Shown here: piece by piece, positions 51,157-61,882 of the stretch
How the letters are laid out: every line of letters begins with the position of its first letter
How positions within the stretch are numbered: the first letter of the stretch is position 1
Assembly (NCBI GenBank): GCA_965221905.1
Contig: OZ244922.1
Coordinates: 1,152,001-1,216,000, forward strand
Direction: 5' to 3'
Source: Chloroflexota bacterium
GTDB taxonomy: Bacteria > Chloroflexota > UBA11872 > VXOZ01
Length of the DNA stretch: 64,000 bases
The notes under the pieces: generated by a model
The model's database searches: none
Told to the model about the DNA's origin: nothing
What the model saw: the letters and a program-made list of their open reading frames with translations, nothing else
Position numbers and translations under genes: made by a program

Positions 51157-51384
51157 AGTTTCCTGACGTTGAGTACTAGAGTGTTTACCTAAGCTTGGAC
51201 TAACCACCACTGTGTTTATTCTACCCAGTCAAAGCAGTGGCTTCAACGTATGCAGCGCATGCGCCCTGGTGTGCAGTCGCTCGCTGAGATGCTCTCTTTC
51301 CGCCCCGCTGCTTTGGTGGGCGCTTAGCGTCGCAAAGCGGCAAGGACGGCGTGATACAATGGCGCACAAGGAAAGGAACTACCC

Positions 51385-52779
51385 ATGCCTCAGTTGCTCC
51401 TGTTTGGCATGAATGCGGGCGACGCATCTGCTGAATCCACTGCTGCATCCGCTTTCATGACAGGGCCTGCGTCGATTCTTGCCGGCAATCCCCGGCATCC
51501 ATTGCTCCGGCAGCACTTTGGGGTGCGCATGCGAGAAGCGACTGCGTCGCGAGTCCGCGCGGCACTGGAGGGACAGGGCGACGTGGCCTATGTGTCTGTA
51601 GGGCACCCGCTCCTCGATGACGGATCGGCGCGCGCACTGCACAACCAGGCTGCGGCGATGGGGTGGGAGGTGCAAGTCTTTGCTGCACCCAGTCTGCTGG
51701 AGCCGGCATACTCGTCACTCACGGTCGGCAGCACTCCTCACTTGGTTGTAGGCGGGGCAGCGCCTAAAGACATGGCAACAGATACGGCACTTCTTGTATT
51801 GGCGGCGAATGTATCGCCGCGTACGCTGCGTGAGCTAGCTCGAAATTACCCCGCAGCTCATCAGGTTGACGCACTTGTGCTCCATGGCGAGCAAGTGTCG
51901 GCGGTGCACACGTTGCCCCTTCGCGAAGCGATCACACAGCACCCCGACGTGCTCTACATTCCACCACTAACGCCCCTTGAGCGGCTGGACACACCTGACT
52001 CTCTCCGTTGGATCATGGCGCGCTTGCGCGCGCCGGACGGCTGCCCGTGGGACCAGGAACAGACCCATCAAACGCTCAAAAAGCACCTTATGGAAGAGAC
52101 TGCTGAGGTGCTCGACGCGCTCGATGAAGAAGATATGGCAGCACTCCGCGAAGAACTGGGCGACCTTCTCCTCCAGGTGTACTTTCAAGCACAAGTTGCT
52201 GAAGAACAGGGGGATTTTACGTTCGACGACGTGGTGCGCGGGATTAACGAGAAGCTCGTGCGCCGCCATCCCCACGTATTTGGCGACGGTGCGGCGGGCA
52301 GTGCCGCGCAAGCCTTGGCCAATTGGGAGCAGATCAAGCAAGAAGAGCATTCAGCGCAGGGCAAGGAGCGGCACTCCGTGCTCGATCGGGTACCGCGCTC
52401 GCTGTCCGGCTTGGCGGCGGCGCAGGCGATTGGCAACACAGTAGCTAAGGTGGGATTTGATTGGCCGGACATACAGGATGTCTTGGAAAAGCTGCGTGAA
52501 GAGATCGACGAATTGGTTGCCGCCGAGACGCCCGAGCATCGTTTTGAAGAATTCGGCGACGTGCTTTTCGTGTTGGCGCAGGTCGCGAAGTGGCTGCAGG
52601 TAGATGCAGAGGAGTCGTTGCGTGCCTCCAACAGCAAGTTCCGGCGCCGCTTTGCCTATATGGAAGACGTTGCACGAGACGCGGGTAGCACCCTAAGCGA
52701 CTACTCGCCCGAGAAGCTTGACTCTCTTTGGGAAGAGGCCAAGCTGGCCACGAACGATCCTTGGGGATGCCCCCGCTAG
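51385..52779 (+). CDS. mazG: MazG nucleoside triphosphate pyrophosphohydrolase with a YabN-like N-terminal domain
   Basis: LRAPDGCPWD, EELGDLL, RRHPHVFG, GFDW, EFGD. Confidence 0.92.
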   Translation: MPQLLLFGMNAGDASAESTAASAFMTGPASILAGNPRHPLLRQHFGVRMREATASRVRAALEGQGDVAYVSVGHPLLDDGSARALHNQAAAMGWEVQVFAAPSLLEPAYSSLTVGSTPHLVVGGAAPKDMATDTALLVLAANVSPRTLRELARNYPAAHQVDALVLHGEQVSAVHTLPLREAITQHPDVLYIPPLTPLERLDTPDSLRWIMARLRAPDGCPWDQEQTHQTLKKHLMEETAEVLDALDEEDMAALREELGDLLLQVYFQAQVAEEQGDFTFDDVVRGINEKLVRRHPHVFGDGAAGSAAQALANWEQIKQEEHSAQGKERHSVLDRVPRSLSGLAAAQAIGNTVAKVGFDWPDIQDVLEKLREEIDELVAAETPEHRFEEFGDVLFVLAQVAKWLQVDAEESLRASNSKFRRRFAYMEDVARDAGSTLSDYSPEKLDSLWEEAKLATNDPWGCPR

Positions 52780-53984
52780 TGACACCCTGGCAGCGGCGTC
52801 TCCTTCCCGTACTTATCGCGGCATTCACTGCCCAACTCGGGGTGCCGGCATTTCTGCCGTTTATGCCGCTCTACATGGCAGAGCTGGGCATTGACGACAT
52901 CGGCTTGGCTGCGCGCTGGAGCGGCGTGTTGGTTGCGATAACCCCGCTTACTTCCACCGTGTCAGTACCGTACCTCGGCTTGATCGGCGACCGCATTGGG
53001 TTAAAACCCCTCGCCCTCATCGGCCTTGGGGCCGGAGGGTTTACCATAGTAGCTCTGGCGCTGGCTACGAACCCCTGGCAACTGCTCGTCGGTCGGTTGC
53101 TCTTTGGCATTTGCGGGGTGTATTGGACGTTTTTTGCGGCTGCCATTGCCGAACACGCGCCGCGCGAACACATGGTGCGCGCGTTTGGCTGGCTGCAGAT
53201 GGCGAACTTCGGCGCTCTGATTGTCGCACCGGCGGTAGGAGGGGCAATCGCCTCGGTGCTGGGATTGAAGGCGGTCTTTGTGCTTGCCGGGGTGATGTTT
53301 TGGATTGCCACCGCGATGGTTGCGTTTTGGTATCCGAGCACGAAGCAACTCAAGCCGCAACGCTCAGGGACACACAATGGCTCGCCTTGGAAAATGATCC
53401 TCGCGCAGCCGCAGATGGGGATGCTTTCAATTGTGCTGCTGGTCTCGTTCTACGCCGAAGGAAGCACGCTCCCAATCATTCCGCTTTACCTGCAGTTTCT
53501 TGGCGTCGCATCGAGCCAAGTAGCGGCCATGGTCGGACTGATTACCGCCCTGAGCGCGCTGACGTATATCGCGGCCAACGCGTTTGTCGGGCGCGTTGTG
53601 CCGACCCGCCTTGCCCATCTTGCCGTGCTGCCGGGTCTCATAGGCGCCGCCATTGTGTGCGTGCCCCTCTTCTTTGCCAACCAACTCTGGCATCTGCTCG
53701 TCTTTCGTCCCCTGCTTTCGCTCTTCACCGGCACTATTCCGGCGTTGGTATATTCGGCGGCAGAGCCGTTCGTGCCGCCGGAGCGTCGCGGCGCGGGATT
53801 CGGACTCTTGACGAGCGTGGGCCTGGGCGGTACCGCCGTTGGGCGCGTCGCTAGCGGCATGGTAGCCTCGCTTTCACTCTCAGGCGTCTTCATCGTTGAC
53901 GGCATACTGCTTTTGGGTGGGTTCGGTCTCTACTCCGCGTTGCGGCGTCGTTTCCCCTATCCAATCGTGGAGGAAAAGCAGTGA
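52767..53984 (+). CDS. MFS transporter (DHA1-like)
   Basis: About 12 hydrophobic segments; GLIGDRIG motif A; ERRGAGFG. Confidence 0.88.
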   Translation: MPPLVTPWQRRLLPVLIAAFTAQLGVPAFLPFMPLYMAELGIDDIGLAARWSGVLVAITPLTSTVSVPYLGLIGDRIGLKPLALIGLGAGGFTIVALALATNPWQLLVGRLLFGICGVYWTFFAAAIAEHAPREHMVRAFGWLQMANFGALIVAPAVGGAIASVLGLKAVFVLAGVMFWIATAMVAFWYPSTKQLKPQRSGTHNGSPWKMILAQPQMGMLSIVLLVSFYAEGSTLPIIPLYLQFLGVASSQVAAMVGLITALSALTYIAANAFVGRVVPTRLAHLAVLPGLIGAAIVCVPLFFANQLWHLLVFRPLLSLFTGTIPALVYSAAEPFVPPERRGAGFGLLTSVGLGGTAVGRVASGMVASLSLSGVFIVDGILLLGGFGLYSALRRRFPYPIVEEKQ

Positions 53985-54252
53985 AGGACGAATTGCTGTT
54001 GGTTTGAACAGGGGGAGCAATTCACGCTAGCATTAAATCTAGAAGCCAGAGTACAAGCCACCGTCGTTCCGGCGGAAGCCGGAATCCAGGAAAGCTAAGT
54101 ACTGTGAACGCCTGAGAGCGCATGGGAGCGCATGGGAGCGCAACGCAACGGCCTCAGGTCGCGCTGACGGATAGCGCAGGGACTGAATCGAAGTAGATAA
54201 TTGGAACGTTGACTTCCAGTGAAACCAGTAGCTGTTACTGAAGGATGATTGA

Positions 54253-55353
54253 GTGAAAGTCTTTGTTACCGGAGGCGCGGGCTATATCGGCAGCGTTGTG
54301 TCCGAGGTGCTGCTGAATAGCGGTCATGAAGTGGTAGTATTCGATAGCTTTGAGACCGGTCACCGGGCGGCGGTTGATCCGCGCGCCGCGCTCATGGAAG
54401 GGGATACGGGTTATGCCGGGCCGGTGCGCGAGGCAATGCTGAGCGCCGCGCCCGACGTGGTTGTGCACATGGCGGCTTACATCCAAATGGGCGAATCGAT
54501 GCTCGACCCCGGCAAGTACTTCCGCAACAATACTGCAAATACACTGAATGTCCTCGATGCCATGCTCGCGGCGGGCGTGTCGCACATAGTATTCTCTTCC
54601 ACCGCCGGTGTTTACGGCACACCTGAGTCACTTCCCATCGAGGAAGACCATCCGATAGACCCGCTCAACCCCTATAGCGAAAGTAAGCGCCAGGTAGAGA
54701 GCATCATCCGGTGGTATGCACAGGCGCACGGCATTGCGGCGACGATCTTCCGCTTTTTCAACGCCGCGGGCGCCACGGTCAACTTTGGCGAAGACCACCG
54801 GCCGGAGAGTCACCTCATCCCCATCGTGCTGCAAGTGGCGCAGGGCAAGCGCGCGCACCTTGATCTCTACGGCACCGATTACGCCACCCGCGACGGCACA
54901 GCGAGCCGCGACTATATTCACGTGCGCGATCTTGCCCAAGCGCATCTGCTGGCGATACAGAAGATGGATTCCCGCCCCGTATCAGGTACGGGGCAGGCTT
55001 TTCGCGGGAATGACGAGGGAGATATCGAAAGTGAGGCGGGAACGGCCGGGAATGAGGGGAGGATAGCCGGGAATGACGGCGGTGGTAACGTTACCCTCTA
55101 CAACATCGGCAGCGAGCACGGCGCGACTAATCTGGAGGTCATCGAAATGGCGCGCCGTGTCACCGGCCGGCCGATACCCGTACGGGAATGTCCCCGCCGC
55201 CCCGGCGATGCGCCGGCGTCGCTCGCAAGCGCCGAGAAGATCCGCAGTGAGCTGGGTTGGGAGCCGGCAGCATCGGACCTGGAGACGATCATCGGCAGCG
55301 CGTGGGACTGGCTGCAGCGGCACCCGCATGGCTACGGACATTCGGCTGATTGA
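54253..55353 (+). CDS. galE: UDP-glucose 4-epimerase with a repeat-derived insertion
   Basis: TGGAGYIGS, FSST, YSESK, FNAAGA, RDYIHV.DLA, RRPGD. Confidence 0.95.
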   Translation: MKVFVTGGAGYIGSVVSEVLLNSGHEVVVFDSFETGHRAAVDPRAALMEGDTGYAGPVREAMLSAAPDVVVHMAAYIQMGESMLDPGKYFRNNTANTLNVLDAMLAAGVSHIVFSSTAGVYGTPESLPIEEDHPIDPLNPYSESKRQVESIIRWYAQAHGIAATIFRFFNAAGATVNFGEDHRPESHLIPIVLQVAQGKRAHLDLYGTDYATRDGTASRDYIHVRDLAQAHLLAIQKMDSRPVSGTGQAFRGNDEGDIESEAGTAGNEGRIAGNDGGGNVTLYNIGSEHGATNLEVIEMARRVTGRPIPVRECPRRPGDAPASLASAEKIRSELGWEPAASDLETIIGSAWDWLQRHPHGYGHSAD

Positions 55354-55524
55354 GCGAGAAGCTATCGCACTATTCGAATCGGCGTGCCGACATGTGTTTC
55401 GACCCTTCGTCACGCTCAGGACAGGCAAGCTCAGCACGAACGGGTGTCTCCTTTTCCGTTCGCCCTGAGCCTGTCTAAGGGCAGGTATATGGAGAGCAAT
55501 ACTTGACAAGCGTTTTGCTAGCTA

Positions 55525-56184
55525 GTGGGGAGCCACGCCGTGCGCATTGATCTACATACTCATACGGAATTCTCATCGGATTCCGAACTCCCGCTGGAAG
55601 ATGCCGTGCGCGGGTGGCAGCGCGCGGGCATTGATTGCGTGGCGGTTACGGATCACAACACTATCGCCGGGGGACTGGCCTTGCGAGAGTGGGCGCCGCT
55701 GCGCGTGATCGTGGCGAGCGAGGTCAGGACCTGTGAGGGCGAGATAATTGGCTTATTCCTTGAGGAAGAAATAGCGCGCGGCCAGACGCCGGAGGAGACA
55801 ATCCAACACATCCGCGCCCAGGGAGGCTTGGTGATGATCCCGCACCCGTTCGACCGCTTTCGCCGGTCGCGTCTCACGGAAGAAGCCCTCAAGCGCATAT
55901 TGCCGCAAGTGGACATTATGGAAGTCTTCAACGCGCGCACGGCTCTTGGATGGGACAATCGCCGCGCGGAAAAACTGGCGTCTGCGCACGGGCTGGCGGC
56001 AGCGGCGGGCAGCGATTCCCATACCACGCACGAGTTAGGCCGCGCCTACGTTGAAATGGCGGACTTCGATTCGCCGCAGACATTCCTCGACTCGCTGCGC
56101 GCAGGGCGTCTGGTCAAGAGGCAGAGTTCCTGGTTCGTGCACGCCTCCACCCGCTGGACAAAACTGCGCTCGAGGCTGCGTTAG
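55525..56184 (+). CDS. PHP-domain phosphoesterase
   Basis: DLHTHT, TDHN, PHPF, EVFN, GSDSH. Confidence 0.88.
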   Translation: MGSHAVRIDLHTHTEFSSDSELPLEDAVRGWQRAGIDCVAVTDHNTIAGGLALREWAPLRVIVASEVRTCEGEIIGLFLEEEIARGQTPEETIQHIRAQGGLVMIPHPFDRFRRSRLTEEALKRILPQVDIMEVFNARTALGWDNRRAEKLASAHGLAAAAGSDSHTTHELGRAYVEMADFDSPQTFLDSLRAGRLVKRQSSWFVHASTRWTKLRSRLR

Positions 56185-56252
56185 GCACATATGTCGCCTC
56201 AGCGGGATTCGCTGCTCTCCTGGGGTTCCGAAACTTGCTGAACGGTGAGGAG

Positions 56253-56720
56253 CTACTCTGCAGGAGGATCTTGGTCAGGGATGACCTCGATCGCCAGGTG
56301 GCCTGCCTCGAGATCGACGATGTCGATTTCGTAGGTGAACCGGTCCGCCCCAAAGTTTAGTGTCTGACCGGTAACCCTGTGTCCGTCCGCCTTGAATTCT
56401 AATGCTGCGTATCTGAAACTCAGTCTGACTTTCTTGTAGGCGCTGGTCTCGCCGACGGCAATGTCGCCATAGTCCCGGCCGGCGATGCTAACGTCGGTGA
56501 AGTCGAGCGTTGAGGCGTTGTGAATGCGAATCTCAATCTCGACCTCTCCCTCAGTTTCGCAGGCGCTCAGTGCGATCAGGCACCAAACGACGCATACCGC
56601 CAAACAAGCGATCCGCAGCGCGTCTCGAAATATACTGCCGGTAGGTGTGCAAACCCATTGATCTTGGCTCAACAAGGAACGCAAGCGCAGTAGGATCACG
56701 AGCCTACTGGTCCACGACAC
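56253..56720 (-). CDS. Small hypothetical lipoprotein
   Basis: LSAC lipobox followed by a beta-rich IRIHNAS domain; the true start is probably downstream of the ORF start. Confidence 0.6.
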   Translation of the reverse strand: MSWTSRLVILLRLRSLLSQDQWVCTPTGSIFRDALRIACLAVCVVWCLIALSACETEGEVEIEIRIHNASTLDFTDVSIAGRDYGDIAVGETSAYKKVRLSFRYAALEFKADGHRVTGQTLNFGADRFTYEIDIVDLEAGHLAIEVIPDQDPPAE

Positions 56721-57843
56721 TGCCGTCGACGTGCAGGCGGGCGCCGGTGGGACGCGGCACGGGCGGATGCTTTGCCACAGCGTCGGGCATCAGCTCAATT
56801 CCAATTCCCGGCGCGTCCGGGATGATGAGGAAGCCCTGTTCGCACTGCACGGGCGTCTGCACGATTTCGCTCTTTGGCGGCCGATCTTCGCCGATGGGGT
56901 ACTCCTGGATGGCAAAGTTGGGAATGCAAGCGGCAACCTGCAGGCAGGCGGCGGTGCTAACCGGCGATAGCGGATTGTGCGGCACCACGCCCACGTAGTG
57001 CGCCTCGGCCAACGCCGCAATCTTCTTGGTGCCTGAGATGCCACCAACCAGGCAGACGTCGGGGCGCACATACTGCACGGCGCCGCGCGTGAGGAGCATC
57101 TGGAACTCTTGCAATGTGTGCAGCCGCTCGCCGGTGGCGATAGGAATGCCGATCTTATCCGCGATCTGCGCCATGGCGTCGAAGCTGTCAGGAAGTGTAG
57201 GATCTTCGTAGAAATAGGGATGGTACGGTTCAATGCTGCGCGCCAGGACGACCGCTTCGGCGGGCGTCAACTGGCGGTGGATCTCAATACAGAGATCAAC
57301 GTCAGTGCCAACGGCTTCGCGATACTGCCGCACGTGGTCGGTAGCCTCGCCAATCCTGGCGGCGTGGGTCTTGAAGAAGGGCTCGTCGCGCCCTTCGTCG
57401 AGTAACGGGTTGAGGTGCCCTACGGCGGTAAAGCCTTTTTCGCGTGCTTCCGCGCAGCCGCGCACTTGCTCCGCAATGGTGCGACCGTAGACGTGGTAGT
57501 AGACCCGCGCTTTGTCACGGCATTTGCCACCCAGCAGATCGTAGACCGGTACGCCGTGCTCCTTGCCTTTGATGTCCCACAGCGCGATGTCTATGGCTGA
57601 GAGCGCGCCCATGATGGCAGACCCGCGAAAGTGGGCAGTGCGGTACATGACGTTCCAGTGATGCTCGATCCGGCTGGGGTCTTCGCCCACGAGATAGGCG
57701 GCGAATTTCTCCAGCGCCGCTTGCGAGGCTTCCAGGTGACCCCACGTCCCGGACTCTCCCAGACCGGTGATGCCGGCGTCGGTCTCGATCTGCACGAAGA
57801 GATAGCGGTCGATCGGTAACGCGTTTACGGCAGTAATCTTCAT
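56704..57843 (-). CDS. Galactonate dehydratase-like mandelate racemase/MLE family enzyme
   Basis: TDAGITGLGE, IDIALWDIKGK, YEDP, ATGER, RPD, PHNP; start set to MKITAV after GAGGAG. Confidence 0.88.
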   Translation of the reverse strand: MKITAVNALPIDRYLFVQIETDAGITGLGESGTWGHLEASQAALEKFAAYLVGEDPSRIEHHWNVMYRTAHFRGSAIMGALSAIDIALWDIKGKEHGVPVYDLLGGKCRDKARVYYHVYGRTIAEQVRGCAEAREKGFTAVGHLNPLLDEGRDEPFFKTHAARIGEATDHVRQYREAVGTDVDLCIEIHRQLTPAEAVVLARSIEPYHPYFYEDPTLPDSFDAMAQIADKIGIPIATGERLHTLQEFQMLLTRGAVQYVRPDVCLVGGISGTKKIAALAEAHYVGVVPHNPLSPVSTAACLQVAACIPNFAIQEYPIGEDRPPKSEIVQTPVQCEQGFLIIPDAPGIGIELMPDAVAKHPPVPRPTGARLHVDGSVVDQ

Positions 57844-58283
57844 GGCGGCGGTGCTCCTCTTCTTGTAGTGGGTTTGAGGAAGAATCACAGTAGGTGTCCA
57901 AGAACGTGGCGCGCGCAGCATCCATTCACACTGAGCCTGTCGAAGTGCGAGCGGATGCGCCGTCCGTCAACTGTATGGTATCGCCTTTGCGCCGGTGTAA
58001 CCAGGGGAACGCTTATAAAGGCCGGACAAAGCGTGTCACGCGATAGGATTGCCCCTAGATCCGTAGTTCGCGTGTGGTCGGCCAAATGCGGTAATCTTGC
58101 CAGTGGGTTTGTTGGGCACGAGCCAGTAGAATTCAGTTCGCCCCATATGAGCTCGGTTCACTTTTATTTGAATTCGTCCGTATCCGTTCACACTTCGACA
58201 GGCTCAGTGCGAACGGATACGGACATGCGAACAGGTACGCATGGGAGAGCAATGCCTCACCGCGTTGGAGAAGGGAGAATAGT

Positions 58284-59984
58284 ATGAACTCCGGAGACTT
58301 ACTCGCAGAACTGCTCATTGCCCACGGCGTAGAGTACGTCTTCGGGGCAATCGGCGGTCAGGGCTATCCGCTCAACGACGCGCTGCACCGCCGCCGGAGC
58401 AAGGCCCGCCATATCGCCGTGCGCGACGAGCGTTCCAGTGCCTACGCCGCGGACGGCTATGCGCGGGTGAGCGGCAAGGTGGGCGTCTGCGACGCCGCGT
58501 TTGGCGTGGGCGTGCTCAAGCTGCCCTCCGGCTTGGCTGAGGCCTATAATTCTTCCATCCCTGTGCTGGGCATTCTGAGTAATGCTCCGCGCGATTGGAT
58601 GGTGTGGAACGAGCGCGGCTGCACCGCGCAGGGCGTGGAGCAGGTCTCTCCGTTTACGCCCATCACGAAAGGGACGTTTCGCGTCACCACCCAGAGCACG
58701 TTGGCGGATACAATCCGCTACAGCTTCAATCTAGCTTCAGCGGGCCGCCCGGGACCGGTGGTATGCGATATACCCGCGGACGTGTTCAAAGCGGATTGGG
58801 ACGAAAGCGCGTCGGACGTGGTTAGCAGTCCGCGTGCCGGCCGCTTTCCCGCATGGCGCGCCCACCCGGACCCGGCAGATGTAAAAGCCGTAGTGACTGT
58901 GCTTGAAAACGCTGAACGCCCCGTCCTCGTGGCAGGCGGCGGCGTGGCGATTTCCCAAGCATGGGACGCCCTCCGCGTTTTCGCCGAGAGGATGCAGATG
59001 CCGGTTGCTACCACGATTTCAGGTAAAGGCGTTTTTCCAGACGACCATCCCCTCGCCATCGGCGTCATGGGCGGGCAGTACGGCTCGGAGGCCGCGAACC
59101 ACGTGGTCGCGGCAGCCGACGTGGTCTTCCTGGTGGGTATGAAATCATTCCAGCAGGTAACTTCCGCTTGGACCCAACCTTCACGGTCGCAGCGCGTGGT
59201 GCACTTGGATGTTGATCCGGCTGAGATCGGCAAGATATTTCCGGTCGAGGCGGGAATGGTAGCCGATGCGCAGGCCGGATTGGAAGCCTTACAGGCGGCG
59301 TGCGCAGACGTGCGGACGGAGCGGAGTGCCTGGCTCGGTCAGGTGGCGGAGTTCAAGGCGCAGTGGCAGGACGTGATTGGAGCGGAGATGAACGATACGG
59401 CCGCGCCGATTCGCCCGCAGCATCTCATGGCGCAGATTCAGGCGCGGCTCAATCCCGAAGACATCGTAGTTTCCGACGCAAGTTTCTCTGTCGGTTGGGT
59501 TGGCACGTATCTGCGCGCCCTGCGCGGCGGCCAGCGCTTTCTGTTTCCCCGCGGTCAGGCGACCATGGGTTTTGGCGTACCGGCGGCGATTGGCGCACGT
59601 TTCGCCCAGCCGGAAGGCAAAATTGTGGTCGTGGTCGGCGACGGCAGTGTCACCTACGCTATCGGCGAGTTGGCCGCGCTCGCTAAGTATGGCTTGGAAA
59701 TAGTCGTGGTGGTCTTGAACAATAGTTGCCTCGGTTACAGCAAGATTTCGGAGATGTTGAATTACAGCGGCGACTATGAGGAAGTTGACTTCCCCGATAC
59801 CGACTTTGCCCTTATTGCCCAGGGCTTTGGCTGCGAGGGACTAGCGGTGAAAGAGCCCAATGAGCTTGCCCCCGCGCTGGAAGCGGCGTTTGCCGCCCAG
59901 GGCCCGGTGCTGCTCGACGTGCGCGTCGACCCCTGGCAGACGCCGGAACTCGACCTGCGCAAGCGCTTGGCAGCACTGCAATAG
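58284..59984 (+). CDS. Thiamine pyrophosphate-dependent enzyme (acetolactate synthase-like)
   Basis: RDE..YAADGYAR, GRPGPV, MGFGVPAAIGA, GDGS..NN. Confidence 0.9.
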   Translation: MNSGDLLAELLIAHGVEYVFGAIGGQGYPLNDALHRRRSKARHIAVRDERSSAYAADGYARVSGKVGVCDAAFGVGVLKLPSGLAEAYNSSIPVLGILSNAPRDWMVWNERGCTAQGVEQVSPFTPITKGTFRVTTQSTLADTIRYSFNLASAGRPGPVVCDIPADVFKADWDESASDVVSSPRAGRFPAWRAHPDPADVKAVVTVLENAERPVLVAGGGVAISQAWDALRVFAERMQMPVATTISGKGVFPDDHPLAIGVMGGQYGSEAANHVVAAADVVFLVGMKSFQQVTSAWTQPSRSQRVVHLDVDPAEIGKIFPVEAGMVADAQAGLEALQAACADVRTERSAWLGQVAEFKAQWQDVIGAEMNDTAAPIRPQHLMAQIQARLNPEDIVVSDASFSVGWVGTYLRALRGGQRFLFPRGQATMGFGVPAAIGARFAQPEGKIVVVVGDGSVTYAIGELAALAKYGLEIVVVVLNNSCLGYSKISEMLNYSGDYEEVDFPDTDFALIAQGFGCEGLAVKEPNELAPALEAAFAAQGPVLLDVRVDPWQTPELDLRKRLAALQ

Positions 59985-60007
59985 GGGCAGGCAGGCAGCT
60001 TCTACGC

Positions 60008-60451
60008 ATGGGGGGCATGATGGCGAATACTGTCAAGAAAGTAGCTGCCTACATCACCCGGGGAGACGAACTCTTGGTCTTCACGCACCGTGACTTTCCT
60101 GAGGCCGGTGTGCAAGTTCCTGCCGGAACCGTGGAAATGGATGAGACGCCTGGCGCGGCAGTGCTGCGAGAAGTGCATGAGGAAACCGGCCTGACGCCTA
60201 CGGCGGGGCGCAATACGGCATTCTTGGGGCGCCGTCTTTGGAAAGCGGGACCCTACTGCCATGAACGTTATTTCTATCATCTCTTGCTCACCGCCGCTGT
60301 GCCGGACACGTGGCTCCACTACGAGACGAGCGGCGGGAAGAGTGAACCCATCGCGTTCTCTTTCTATTGGGTAGAGCGCAACGACCCGTGTTTGTGTCTT
60401 GCCGGCGAACAGGGCGCATTGATCTGGAAGCTCTCACGGCCTGCACAGTAG
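60008..60451 (+). CDS. NUDIX hydrolase
   Basis: PAGTVE..E...AVLREVHEETGL Nudix box. Confidence 0.9.
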   Translation: MGGMMANTVKKVAAYITRGDELLVFTHRDFPEAGVQVPAGTVEMDETPGAAVLREVHEETGLTPTAGRNTAFLGRRLWKAGPYCHERYFYHLLLTAAVPDTWLHYETSGGKSEPIAFSFYWVERNDPCLCLAGEQGALIWKLSRPAQ

Positions 60452-60526
60452 GGATGATTGCCTGGTCGGGACGGACTTACACATCGGTATGAGAGTGATA
60501 CGTGCCTAACGGAAGAGAGATCACGT

Positions 60527-61300
60527 ATGCGATTAGAGAACAAAGTTGCCATTGTCACCGGCGCGGCGGGTGGGCTGGGAGCGACGTATGCCCAAGCCAT
60601 TGCGCGTGAAGGGGGTCAGGTGGTTGTCGTAGACATGCTGGATGGTGAGGGCACGGCGCAGGAAATTAGCGCTCTCGGCAAGCCGGCCCTCGCGCTGCAG
60701 GCAGACCTGACAGATGAGGACGACGTGCGGCGAATGGTGGCGCGGGTGGTGGCGGAGTACGGCAATGTGGACATCCTCGTCAACAACGCGGGCGGCGCGG
60801 GGCAGCAAGCTGCCGAATCGGAGATAGAGAAGATCGACCGGGCGCACTGGGACGAGATAATTGCGATTAACCTCACCACAACTATGCTCTGCATCAAGCA
60901 CGCCGCCCCGCACATGAAGCGGCAGCAGAGCGGCAAGATCGTAAACGTCTCCTCTCGCGCCGCGCGCGGCACGTCGTGGTTCGGTCAGGTGACGCCGGAG
61001 TATATCTGCGCCAAGATCGGCGTTATCGGACTGACCCGGCAGCTTGCCAAAGAGCTGGGGCCGCATGGCATTAACGTCAACTGCCTCGTGCCGAGCTTTA
61101 CGGTCAGCGGCCCGGCGCTCCAGGCCGCCTGGGACCACATGACGGACGAGGAGCGCAGCCATATGATCGAGGCTACGCCGCTGCGCCGCCTGCCCGATCC
61201 GGAAGAATTGGCGAGCGTGGTAGTGTTTCTCGTAAGCGGCGATTCTAGCTACGTCACCGGTGCCTGCCTGGACGTCAACGGCGGATCGCTCATGGCGTGA
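60527..61300 (+). CDS. Short-chain dehydrogenase/reductase
   Basis: TGAAGGLG, NNAGG, YICAK, VNGG; start set to MRLENK. Confidence 0.92.
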   Translation: MRLENKVAIVTGAAGGLGATYAQAIAREGGQVVVVDMLDGEGTAQEISALGKPALALQADLTDEDDVRRMVARVVAEYGNVDILVNNAGGAGQQAAESEIEKIDRAHWDEIIAINLTTTMLCIKHAAPHMKRQQSGKIVNVSSRAARGTSWFGQVTPEYICAKIGVIGLTRQLAKELGPHGINVNCLVPSFTVSGPALQAAWDHMTDEERSHMIEATPLRRLPDPEELASVVVFLVSGDSSYVTGACLDVNGGSLMA

Positions 61301-61882
61301 AGGACGCGGAGATGAGGATTAGCAATAGGTCACACGTGTTACGGCGATTTGAGAATTCCCCGCTGCTGTTCCCAAACCTGTGAAGAAGGGATTGCCCACA
61401 GGTCACTCGCCTACCGTCCGTGCGAGTGTGTAAATCCTTGGTGAAACGACAAATAAGCACTTGGACTCGGATAGTATCTTTTTGTCAATGTGCGCTTGCC
61501 TTCTGCATACCGTAGCGTGGGGGCTTGTCCCCCGCTCGTCGTCGGACTCCCGTCACGTAAGCGACACGGTTCAGACTTTGCGTTGGGCCCACCGCAGCGG
61601 ACGCAGGTTGCAAATCTGCGCTACCGGGCATGCAGACTCTGACTACTGCCCGAGCTCCTCAAGTAATCAGTAAATGCGACAGAATTAGGTTCTTTCCTCA
61701 ATTCCTGGCGTCAGCAGTGAACACCTTATCGGGCAAGGCGCTCCATAATCCGTTGGCGTTCTGCTGGAACCCATCGCGGCAGAGCGGTGTAGTATAAGTA
61801 GTAGGAACAGCGAATAGCGTGTCGTCTTTGAATTCTGCCTAGCGCCTTGGTGGCGTATCAGCACTTTGCACAGGCCGTAGCA

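Noticed and set aside
51212-51345. Canonical glycine riboswitch before gcvT
   Set aside because: The conserved aptamer sequence motifs are not present; kept only as a low-interest stem.
54115-54141. Short tandem GAGCGCATGG repeat upstream of galE
   Set aside because: Under three units with no other copy; likely replication slippage.
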